NCBI GenBank assembly: GCA_016194335.1
Contig: JACQBR010000001.1
Location: 19,460 to 83,459, forward strand
Direction of reading: 5' to 3'
Length of the DNA stretch: 64,000 nucleotides
Source: Candidatus Micrarchaeota archaeon
GTDB lineage: Archaea; Micrarchaeota; Micrarchaeia; Norongarragalinales; UBA97
The notes below the pieces were generated by a model, which saw nothing but the letters and a program-made list of their open reading frames with translations, had not been told where the DNA came from and searched no databases. The position numbers were made by a program, and so were the translations under genes. This document shows positions 56,895-64,000 of the stretch, piece after piece; position 1 is the first letter of the stretch; each line of letters opens with the position of its first letter.

Positions 56895-57215
56895 CTAGCG
56901 GATTGCTGGCAATGTTTCATTATTTATGCAATCCGCTATTACTGAGCCGGCGGATAAAACCTCGTCATTGAGCGCTTTGGCCTCCTTGTTCATCATCCCG
57001 CGGGTTGTTGCGATAGTCTTGCCGTCATTCCAAATTCCTTGCGGAACCCCTTTCGGATAATCTTCTCCGTGCAGGTATTTCCACAGTTCTATTCCCTTGT
57101 TTGTCTTTACTATTGCGGCGTGTTGGGTGATTCCCTTTCGCCAAAATCTTTCTGGCCTTAGGGTAAGGTGGAGAGTTGCCATGCAATCACTGCCGAGGGA
57201 TGTTTGACTCCGCAA
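56895..57215 (-). CDS. hypothetical protein (106 aa) in lower-GC patch
   Basis: ORF on opposite strand between cbf5 and tRNA-Ser; no motif. Confidence 0.35.
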   Translation of the reverse strand: MRSQTSLGSDCMATLHLTLRPERFWRKGITQHAAIVKTNKGIELWKYLHGEDYPKGVPQGIWNDGKTIATTRGMMNKEAKALNDEVLSAGSVIADCINNETLPAIR

Positions 57216-57337
57216 CCCTTTAAATGCCTTTTCCTTTCACAATTATGTTGCGCATAGTCGCTACATCGTGCCAAGCTGGAGTCTTGATGCGCGTATTGGA
57301 TTGCGCCAAGTGAAGAATCAGCTTGACACGATGATGT

Positions 57338-57593
57338 GCCGGGATGCCTGAGCGGTTAAGGGGCTAGCCTGGAACCAGCGCCGATTTAGGCATAAAAGAT
57401 CGGCCTTTTCCTCCGAAAGCTAGTGGCTTCACAGCCTCCTGGGTTCGAAACAAAATCCCTGCCGGGGTCAAAGAGAGTTTTTCCGGCCGGTTGCCTAAAA
57501 ACGCTGTTTCTTTCAATGCGGTTGCGCGTTTTTAACGCCCCGCGTCTGGAAAAGAAGCTCGGCAGTGTTTTGGCGTAACTCCCAGTCCCGGCG
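57338..57593 (+). tRNA. tRNA-Ser (anticodon GGA) with two introns: canonical 37/38 (43 nt, 57375..57417) and T-loop 59/60 (~130 nt, 57450..57579)
   Basis: GCCGGGA-UG-CCU-GAGCGGUUAA-GGG-G-CUAGC-CUGGAA[intron]A-GCUAG-UGGCUUCACAGCCUC-CUGGG-UUCGAA[intron]U-CCCAG-UCCCGGC-G; 7-bp acceptor stem perfect. Confidence 0.55.
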
Positions 57594-57626
57594 TTTAAAA
57601 TTCATCCGAAAGCCGTTTAGCAAAAG

Positions 57627-58355
57627 TTGGTGAAAAAGTTTTTGGCCGACATTCCCCAGTCCAACGGCGTTCCCTCCAAGCCCGTGGCTCAGGCCCCGCA
57701 GCCTTCATCCCCGGTTCAGGCAAGGCCAGCGGCATCGCCTGCCGGTTCCGCCCCTTCCCATCCGCCCCAACCTATTTCAAGGCCCGTTTCCCCCTCTTCC
57801 CAAGCCCCCAAGCCCGCTTCCGACGTGGGCAAGGAAACGCGCGGAATCGTCCGCATCCTCGGCAAGGACCTCAAGGGAGGCGTGAAGCTCGACCGCGCGC
57901 TGGGGCTGGTGCGCGGAGTGGGCCGCAACCTGGCGCGCGCCCTTTCAATCGTCATCCAAAAGGCGCTTTCCATCTCCCCCGCGACTCACGTGGGAGACCT
58001 TACCGACAAGCAGATTCTCTCCATCGAGGAGCTCATCAGGGACCCGGTGAAGTTCGGCGTTCCGGCATTCCTTCTCAACAGGCAGAAGAACCGCAGTTCG
58101 GGCCGCAACTCCCACCTCGCGCAGACGGACCTGCAGTTCGCAGTCAGGCAGGACGTCGAGCTTGAGAAGGCATTGCGTTCCTGGAGGGGATGGCGCAGCA
58201 GCCTCAACCAGCGCGTGCGCGGCCAGCACAACCGCACTACGGGCCGCACTGGAATGACCGTGGGAGTCCTCAAGAAGGCCATCAAGTCGCAGAAGGCTGC
58301 GGCCGCAACCTCGGCGCAGGAAAAGGCGCCCGAGAAGAAGGCGGAGAAGAAGTAA
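57627..58355 (+). CDS. rps13: 30S ribosomal protein S13 with ~70-aa P/S/A-rich N-terminal extension (start uncertain)
   Basis: S13 core from ~aa 70 (RGIVRILGKDLKGG..ALGLVRGVGRNLARA..); extension may be untranslated. Confidence 0.8.
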   Translation: MVKKFLADIPQSNGVPSKPVAQAPQPSSPVQARPAASPAGSAPSHPPQPISRPVSPSSQAPKPASDVGKETRGIVRILGKDLKGGVKLDRALGLVRGVGRNLARALSIVIQKALSISPATHVGDLTDKQILSIEELIRDPVKFGVPAFLLNRQKNRSSGRNSHLAQTDLQFAVRQDVELEKALRSWRGWRSSLNQRVRGQHNRTTGRTGMTVGVLKKAIKSQKAAAATSAQEKAPEKKAEKK

Positions 58356-58376
58356 TTTTTACAAAGTGATCAATCC

Positions 58377-59117
58377 ATGGGAGCACCCAGGCGTTTAAGG
58401 AAGCTTTACGAGAAGCCCAAGAAATTGTGGGACGCGTCCAGGCTCGAGCAGGAGCGCAAGCTCATTGACGAGTACGGCCTGAAGAACATGCGCGAGCTTT
58501 GGAGGATACAGACGGTTCTGCGCAAGGAGCGCCGCGAGGCCCGCAGGCTTCTTGCCGCACGGGGCGTTGGCGTCGAAGGGAGCGCCGAAAGGCTCCTTGC
58601 CCACGTAAGGCAGTTCCTCCTGCGCAAGGACGGCGCAACGCTTGACGACATTCTCGCACTTAGCGTCCGTGACATTCTCGAGCGCAGGCTGCAGACGGTG
58701 GTGTTGCGCAAGGGGTTCGCCCAGACGACCGCGCAGGCGAGGCAGTTCGTGGCCCACGGCCACATTTCAATCAACGGTGCGAAGAGCACCTCGCCCTCGA
58801 GGCTCGTGCTTTTTGCCGAGGAGCCCCAATTGGGCTGGTACGGAAAGCCTATCGTCCTTGAAGAGGCGAAGGAAGGGGAGAAGGCGGAAGACGATTCCGG
58901 GGCAAAGGCCGAACACGAAGGAAAGCAGGCGGAAGAGCCTGCGCAGAAGAATGTTGACGCGGCAAAAGTCGAACAAAAGGAAAAACCTGCAGATGGGCAT
59001 TTGCAGAAGGTTGATGTTGCGGCAAAGGCCGAGCACAAGCAAAATCCCGCAGAAGAGCAGCATCCGCAGAAGGCGGTTGAGGCGGAAACGAGCGTTGCAG
59101 CCGCAGCAGCGGCATAG
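58377..59117 (+). CDS. rps4: 30S ribosomal protein S4 with acidic/Lys-rich C-terminal tail
   Basis: S4 N-domain + S4 RNA-binding domain (HGHISINGAK); 246 aa. Confidence 0.85.
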   Translation: MGAPRRLRKLYEKPKKLWDASRLEQERKLIDEYGLKNMRELWRIQTVLRKERREARRLLAARGVGVEGSAERLLAHVRQFLLRKDGATLDDILALSVRDILERRLQTVVLRKGFAQTTAQARQFVAHGHISINGAKSTSPSRLVLFAEEPQLGWYGKPIVLEEAKEGEKAEDDSGAKAEHEGKQAEEPAQKNVDAAKVEQKEKPADGHLQKVDVAAKAEHKQNPAEEQHPQKAVEAETSVAAAAAA

Positions 59118-59128
59118 GTAACGGTTGA

Positions 59129-59623
59129 TTGAAAATGGCAGACGAAAAAACAGCGGCGGCCCAATCGGTTGCGAAGCCCGCGGAAGAGGCCAAGCCTCCA
59201 GTTGAGGCCCAGAGGCGCTCCGACTACATCCCCCCCAAGGACGGGAAGTGGGGAATCGCGTTCATCTTCTCGTCGAAGAACAACACCATCATCACCATTA
59301 CGGACTTAAGCGGCGCCGAGACGATTGCCGTCGGGAGCGGCGGCATGATAGTCAAGGCGGACCGCGAGGAAGGCAGCCCCTACGCGGCAATGCAGGCGGC
59401 ATTCCGCGCTTCGGACAAGGCCAAGGAGCGCGGCATCATCGGCGTGCACATCCGCGTGCGCGCACCCGGCGGGCACAAGAGCAAGACTCCCGGAAGCGGC
59501 GCGCAGGCGGCCATCCGAGCCCTTGCGAGAAGCGGCCTGCGCATAGGCAAGATTGAGGACGTCACTCCCATTCCCACCGACACGACCAAGAGGCCGGGCG
59601 GGAAGCGCGGGAGAAGGGTATAA
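59129..59623 (+). CDS. rps11: 30S ribosomal protein S11
   Basis: [20 protein letters not shown]11 signature. Confidence 0.9.
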   Translation: MKMADEKTAAAQSVAKPAEEAKPPVEAQRRSDYIPPKDGKWGIAFIFSSKNNTIITITDLSGAETIAVGSGGMIVKADREEGSPYAAMQAAFRASDKAKERGIIGVHIRVRAPGGHKSKTPGSGAQAAIRALARSGLRIGKIEDVTPIPTDTTKRPGGKRGRRV

Positions 59624-59641
59624 GTTTGCCGGTCGGCTTAA

Positions 59642-60385
59642 GTGTTAATGGTGTTGAAAATGCAGTTTGAGGTTCTTGAGCGCGAGGGCGATTCGAAGCT
59701 TGTGCTTCACGTGAGGAAGGCAAGCGTAGCTTGGGCCAACGCGCTGCGCCGCACCATCATCGGCGGGCTGCCTTCGTTCGCGATTGACGAGGTTGACTTT
59801 TACGAGAACAACTCCCCGTTCTTCAACGAGTTCATCGCAAACAGGCTGGGGCTCATCCCCCTCACTTTTGACGAGTTGGTCCCCGCCGACGCGAAGATTT
59901 CCATCTCTTGCAACGCGTCCGGCCCCCTGCGCGTGTACTCCAAGGACCTGGTGAGTGCGGACGAGCGCGTCGGCCCCACGGCCGAAACGTTCCCGATTGT
60001 CGACTTGGGCGAGGGGCAGGTGCTGCGTTTGGAAGGCTGGGCCGTGATGGGCGTTGCGAAGAAGCACGCCAAGTTCCAGTGCGCCCACGCGTCTTACGGC
60101 CATTATCCCGTCTTCAAGGTGAAGAAGAACTCGCCGAAGCTCAAGGAATTCATTGACGCGCTTCCCGCAGCCTGCAAGGACTCGAAGGGAGAGCCGGTTG
60201 CATACAAGTGCGACGCACTCGAGCATTTCGCGCAGGAAAACACCGACATCGCGGAATTTTCGTTCAAGGAAGACGAGTTCGTCTTCAGGATAGAGTCCTA
60301 CAACAACGTTCCCGCAAAGGAGCACCTCGTGAGGGCCCTTGAAACAATAAAGGAAGAGGCGAAGGAAGCCAGGAAATTGCTTTAG
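59642..60385 (+). CDS. rpoD: DNA-directed RNA polymerase subunit D (Rpo3)
   Basis: 247 aa; RpoD/Rpb3-like; position S11-rpoD. Confidence 0.85.
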   Translation: MLMVLKMQFEVLEREGDSKLVLHVRKASVAWANALRRTIIGGLPSFAIDEVDFYENNSPFFNEFIANRLGLIPLTFDELVPADAKISISCNASGPLRVYSKDLVSADERVGPTAETFPIVDLGEGQVLRLEGWAVMGVAKKHAKFQCAHASYGHYPVFKVKKNSPKLKEFIDALPAACKDSKGEPVAYKCDALEHFAQENTDIAEFSFKEDEFVFRIESYNNVPAKEHLVRALETIKEEAKEARKLL

Positions 60386-60387
60386 AT

Positions 60388-60579
60388 GTGGGGGTGGCAG
60401 AGCCTGGTCAAAACCCTTTTCGAAAGAAAAGGGAAACAAGCAACGCATGACAAGGTCGCCCTCAAAACCCGCAAACGGGTTCCAACAGAGCGCCTGTAAT
60501 TTGCTTTTCGTTGGCCAAATGCGCAGGATTGAGGCTCCTGTTCCTTAGGGATGCCTGGGTTCAAATCCCAGCCCCCACA
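60388..60579 (+). tRNA. tRNA-Leu (anticodon GAG) with ~106-nt non-canonical intron in the D-loop (approx 60413..60518)
   Basis: GUGGGGG-UG-GCAG-AGCCUGGUCAAA[intron]A-UGC-G-CAGGA-UUGAGGC-UCCUG-UUCCUUAGGGAUGC-CUGGG-UUCAAAU-CCCAG-CCCCCAC-A. Confidence 0.6.
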
Positions 60580-60623
60580 CTCGCGATTAATTCGGACGGT
60601 CCAAAGCCATAAACTAAAATCCA

Positions 60624-60995
60624 GTGATTCCAAAAATGAAACGCGGTTCGGACAATTCAGTGATGCTTAGGACCATTGCGTCGTGCGAGAAGGCGGGCCG
60701 CAAGAACCACGCAGCGGCGTACGAGCGCGTGGCGGAACTTCTCAAGCGCCCCAGCCGAAAACGCCCCGGCGTGAACCTCTACAAGATTTCAATGCACGCC
60801 AAGGACGGCGAGACCGTCGTCGTGCCCGGCAAGGTGCTCGCAGTGGGGACGCTCGGGAAGAAAATCACCCTCGCGTCGTTCGGCACTACCGGCGCTGCCG
60901 TGGGGAAGGTCGCGAAGTCCGGTTCGAAGCTCATCTCCATCCAGAAGCTCGTTGAGGAGAATCCATCGGGAAAGGGCGTGAAGATAATCGTTTGA
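60624..60995 (+). CDS. rpl18e: 50S ribosomal protein L18e
   Basis: 123 aa; L18e/L15P-like; canonical position after rpoD. Confidence 0.8.
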   Translation: MIPKMKRGSDNSVMLRTIASCEKAGRKNHAAAYERVAELLKRPSRKRPGVNLYKISMHAKDGETVVVPGKVLAVGTLGKKITLASFGTTGAAVGKVAKSGSKLISIQKLVEENPSGKGVKIIV

Positions 60996-61020
60996 GGATT
61001 TTGGCGATTGAGCCATTTAT

Positions 61021-61500
61021 TTGTTAAGTGGATTAGTGGTTGAAATGGGCGAAAAGAAGAAGGAGCAGTTGGTTTTCGACGCTGCAGGCTGCGTGGCGGG
61101 CAGGGTCGCCTCGCGTGCGATGAAGGAAGCGCTTTCTGGAAAGAACGTAGTCATCCTCAATGCCGAGAGCGCAATCATCTCCGGCTCGCCCGTCCTTCTC
61201 AAAGCGACATTCCTCGCCAGGCGGGCGGTGCAGCAGAAGGCGAATCCTGACCACTCCCCGGTGTGGCCGCGCAGGGCCGACCTGCTCTTCAAGAAGATAA
61301 TCGCCGGCATGGCTCCCAAGAAGAAGGCGCGCGGGGGAAATGCAATCAAGGCGATAATGGTGCACCTCGGCGTGCCCAAGGAATTCGAGGGCGCCAAGGC
61401 GGAGAAGTATGCGGAAAAGCTTTCGTTCAAGCGCGTGAAGGCCACGACGCTGGGGCAGCTCTGCGTCCTTCTCGGAAGGCCCGCGCAGGCAAGCGCGTAA
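61021..61500 (+). CDS. rpl13: 50S ribosomal protein L13
   Basis: 159 aa L13 family. Confidence 0.85.
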   Translation: MLSGLVVEMGEKKKEQLVFDAAGCVAGRVASRAMKEALSGKNVVILNAESAIISGSPVLLKATFLARRAVQQKANPDHSPVWPRRADLLFKKIIAGMAPKKKARGGNAIKAIMVHLGVPKEFEGAKAEKYAEKLSFKRVKATTLGQLCVLLGRPAQASA

Positions 61501-61541
61501 ATTTCCATTGACAAAATCAGCTATGCAGGTGTTTCTCAAAA

Positions 61542-61982
61542 ATGGCTTCTGAAAATGTCGGCACTGCCCCAAAAGAGCGCAAGAGGAGAAGGAAGGTCGT
61601 CGTCGCGCGCGGCAAGCGCAAGGAAGCTGTCGCGCGCGCAACCGTGAAGGACGGCAGCGGCCTCTTTGCCTACAACGGCAAGCCCCTTGCGCTGATGAGC
61701 GACGCCCTCCTGCGGCAGGTGGTGCGCGAGCCCCTGCGCTTTGTCGACCCCTCCAAGTTTGACGTTTCAATCAACGTGGGCGGAGGCGGTGTGATGGGCC
61801 AGGCGCAAGCCGCCCGCACCGCGCTTTCAAAAGCCCTTGTCGCAATCGGCAAGGACGAGACGCTCAAAGAGCGCATGCTTGATGCGGACCGCAGCCTGCT
61901 GGTCGAAGACCCCCGCCGCGTCGAGCCCAAGAAATTCAAGGGGCCCAAGGCAAGGGCAAGGTTTACCAAGTCATACCGTTAG
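61542..61982 (+). CDS. rps9: 30S ribosomal protein S9
   Basis: KRKEAVARATVKDGSG...RARFTKSYR S9 signature C-terminus. Confidence 0.85.
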   Translation: MASENVGTAPKERKRRRKVVVARGKRKEAVARATVKDGSGLFAYNGKPLALMSDALLRQVVREPLRFVDPSKFDVSINVGGGGVMGQAQAARTALSKALVAIGKDETLKERMLDADRSLLVEDPRRVEPKKFKGPKARARFTKSYR

Positions 61983-62021
61983 GTTAAGTGCGGGAGAAAC
62001 AAAATCTCTGGTGAGAAAAAA

Positions 62022-62219
62022 ATGATCGTTCCCATCCGCTGCTTCAGTTGCGGCAAGCCAATCGGCGACAAGTACGACGAATTCAGGGAATCCACGGAAG
62101 CCGGCAGGCCCGTTGCCGACGTGCTCACATCGCTGGGAATGGACCGCTACTGCTGCCGCAGGATGTTCGTGGCGCAGGTTGACCTCACCGACGAAATCAA
62201 GAAATACCCGCGGTTCTAA
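62022..62219 (+). CDS. rpoN: DNA-directed RNA polymerase subunit N (Rpo10)
   Basis: MIVPIRCFSCGKPIGDKYDEF..RYCCRRM RpoN zinc motif; 65 aa. Confidence 0.85.
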   Translation: MIVPIRCFSCGKPIGDKYDEFRESTEAGRPVADVLTSLGMDRYCCRRMFVAQVDLTDEIKKYPRF

Positions 62220-62272
62220 AACGGCCGCAGTTTCTTTTATTTGCTTAGCGTGACGCATCCTTGGCCGCGCGG

Positions 62273-62959
62273 CTAGCTTATCGTGTCCAGGAATTTCTTC
62301 GCGAGGGCAGGAACGTCGCTTTGCGAATCAAGCCCGGTCCACTCCTGGCCGGGTTCGACCACGTTGACAACCACTATGTTGGCGCCGTTGAAGCTGGCAG
62401 TCTGCGCCTGCTTGAGGTCAACCACGCCTGCCGCGCTGATGATGACGTCGAACTTGCTTTTCACCCGCTTGACGTGGCGGTATTCGATGACCTTCCCTCG
62501 GGTGGTCTCCTCGTCCCTGCCTTTGTGAAGCTCGACCACGTCGGGCTGGTTGCGCACAAGGGGCATGAGCACCCGCAGCGGGTCGGCAACGCCAATCATG
62601 TCGATGATGGAATCAATCTCGCTTTCCCTGCACGCGGTTATGAACCTGCCGAGCGTTTCGGAAGGCGCGTTTCCAAGCGCGGTAATGCCGTTGGCGCCCG
62701 CAGACGCGACAATCTCCACCTCCTGCGCGCCGCCGTCAGTAGTCTTCATGTCCGCAACGACATAACCTCCCCACGCTCGCTTGAGGCCGCTGATGCCTCC
62801 CGCCCCGTAGCGCTTGATGAACGGAGTGCCCGCCTCCACGAGAATGCGGTCGCTGCGGGGCAGCCGGCGGATGACTGAAATTGCAGCGTTGAAATTGCCG
62901 TTGAACGCAACTTGGAGGTAACGCTCGTGTTCATCCAGCTTTCCCCCGCCTGCGTTCAT
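62273..62959 (-). CDS. 3-hexulose-6-phosphate synthase / OMP-decarboxylase-like (HPS/KGPDC family)
   Basis: LQVAFNG..VEAGTPFIK..VVADMKTTDGG matches HPS N-terminal LQVALD/GTPLIK/ADxKTMD motifs; start Met chosen inside long read-through ORF 62273..63943. Confidence 0.65.
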   Translation of the reverse strand: MNAGGGKLDEHERYLQVAFNGNFNAAISVIRRLPRSDRILVEAGTPFIKRYGAGGISGLKRAWGGYVVADMKTTDGGAQEVEIVASAGANGITALGNAPSETLGRFITACRESEIDSIIDMIGVADPLRVLMPLVRNQPDVVELHKGRDEETTRGKVIEYRHVKRVKSKFDVIISAAGVVDLKQAQTASFNGANIVVVNVVEPGQEWTGLDSQSDVPALAKKFLDTIS

Positions 62960-63045
62960 CGCGGCGCGGAGGGCCGAAACAATGCCGCCAAGCCCTTTGG
63001 CTTCCTCCAGTTCATCCCCAGTTTGCCAGCCCATCTCCGCCCGCC

Positions 63046-63829
63046 TCACTTTTTGGGCGCGAGAAGCTGCGCCGCAGCCCCCGCAAAGTCGCTTGGCACG
63101 AGGATGATTATCTTCTCGCTCGGGTCCGCCGCAATGTCGGTAATCGTCTGCAGCGTGCGCAAGTGCAGCGCGCCCCCCGATTTGGAGAGCATCGCCCGCC
63201 GCCTTGCTGAGGTTTTCCGAGGCGCTCAGTTCGCCCTGGCTCTTGATTATCATGGCGCGGCGTTCGCGCTCGCTCTCCGCCTGCTTTGCCATCGCGCGCT
63301 TCATCTCCGCGGGCAGTTCGATTTCCTGGATGTTGATTCCGGTGATGTCCACGCCCCATTCGTTGGTGTCCTTGTCAACCACGTCCTTGATCGCCTCGGC
63401 AATCTTATCGGGCTGCGTGAGCACGGAGTCAAGTTCGTAGTTGCCAATCACGTTGCGCAGGGCGGCCTGGGTGAGCTGCGCCACGGCGAACGAGTAGTCC
63501 TGGATCTCGATTACCGCGTCCTCCGGAACCTTGACCTTGAAATAGACAACGGCATTGACCAGCAAGGGCACATTGTCCTTGGTCATGATTTCCTGCTTGG
63601 CGACGTCAGTCGTGCGGATGCGCATGTCCACCCTGATGAAAGTCTGCAGGATGGGAATGGTGAAATTGACTCCCGGTTCCATCGTGGAGGAATATTTCCC
63701 CATCGTAAGCACCACTCCCCGCTCCCACTGGTTCACGATTTTCACGGACCACAGGGCCAGGATGACCGCGACGGGAAGGACGAAGAAAACAACGCTGGCC
63801 AGGATTGCGCCAATCAGTTCAAGAACCAT
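63046..63829 (-). pseudogene. SPFH/band-7 (stomatin-like) protein gene with apparent +1 frameshift in a G6 tract (plus-strand C-run 63174..63179)
   Basis: N-terminal TM + SPFH domain in frame of ORF 62273..63943; canonical stomatin C-terminus GALHLRTLQTITDIAADPSEKIIILVPSDF..KK* only in the +1 frame after the poly-G. Confidence 0.6.
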
Positions 63830-64000
63830 CTTCCAACACCATCCGCATAACTTTCCAAGTGTGTTGTCCTGAATTAAGTTCCCCTCTGTGCTTGCAGAGG
63901 GTATGGAGAAGTTGAAACGGTGGCAAATCGATTGGATTTGCATGGAGATGAATGTTGGCCAGCTTAGCGTTTGGCGTATTGCTAAGCGGGTTGGTGTTAC

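Noticed and set aside
57337-57470. Direct repeat TGCCGGG at both ends of a tRNA-like fragment, considered as a possible att site or tRNA remnant
   Set aside because: The true 3' acceptor/T-stem partner (CCCAG-UCCCGGC) was found 120 nt further downstream. The locus is better explained as a two-intron tRNA-Ser(GGA).
59645-60448. 267-aa minus-strand ORF antisense to rpoD
   Set aside because: It overlaps the conserved rpoD and also the tRNA-Leu 5' end.
61033-61770. 245-aa minus-strand ORF antisense to rpl13 and rps9
   Set aside because: It overlaps conserved r-protein genes and has an Arg-rich composition.
62912-63850. 312-aa plus-strand ORF antisense to the stomatin gene
   Set aside because: It is the mirror frame of a supported SPFH-domain gene.
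1-64000. CRISPR arrays, rRNA genes and IS elements
   Set aside because: No regularly spaced direct repeats, no rRNA-like conserved stretches and no transposase-like ORFs were seen on either strand.

Overview
This is a GC-rich (~60%) segment of an archaeal chromosome. The ribosomal-protein superoperon has archaeal gene order (SUI1/Rpp29 between L29 and S17; L32e/L19e; L34e-cmk-L14e; rpoD/rpoN/rpoP). An intein interrupts the pilus ATPase gene, and tRNA genes carry introns at non-canonical positions.

Left third (1-17.4 kb): the 3' part of leuS, then an archaeal type IV pilus/archaellum-like assembly locus. It contains a PilB/FlaI-family ATPase interrupted by a ~508-aa LAGLIDADG intein, a TadC/FlaJ-like polytopic membrane protein, six pilin-like genes with class III signal peptides, and a PIN/UPF0175 toxin-antitoxin pair embedded among the pilins. 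A zinc-ribbon/low-complexity protein with a membrane-protein partner and a MazEF pair follow.

17.4-28.4 kb: an accessory block. It has a 5.3-kb gene for a giant secreted, C-terminally anchored protein and five co-clustered uncharacterised genes. It ends at a tRNA-Thr(GGU).

Middle (28.5-37.6 kb): nadE and NMNAT, two COG1373/DUF4143 ATPases, L40e, a tRNA-Leu(UAA) with a T-loop intron, a secreted M23 peptidase plus RlpA-like pair (bacterial-type cell-wall hydrolases in an archaeon), TrmI, a Tyr/Gly/Ser-rich secreted protein and a tRNA-Thr(UGU).

Right (37.5-62.2 kb): rpoP and the ribosomal superoperon (L3...L15, secY, DUF106, L34e, cmk, L14e, cbf5, S13-S4-S11-rpoD, L18e-L13-S9-rpoN). A divergent hicB/hicA pair is inserted in it. 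It also holds two further intron-bearing tRNAs: tRNA-Ser(GGA) with two introns and tRNA-Leu(GAG) with a D-loop intron. Several r-proteins have low-complexity K/E/A-rich tails. The window ends with a hexulose-6-phosphate-synthase-family gene and a stomatin gene carrying an apparent poly-G frameshift.

A ~90-nt hairpin element is shared between the tRNA-Leu(UAA) intron and the spacer after secY. No CRISPR array, integrase or transposase was recognised.
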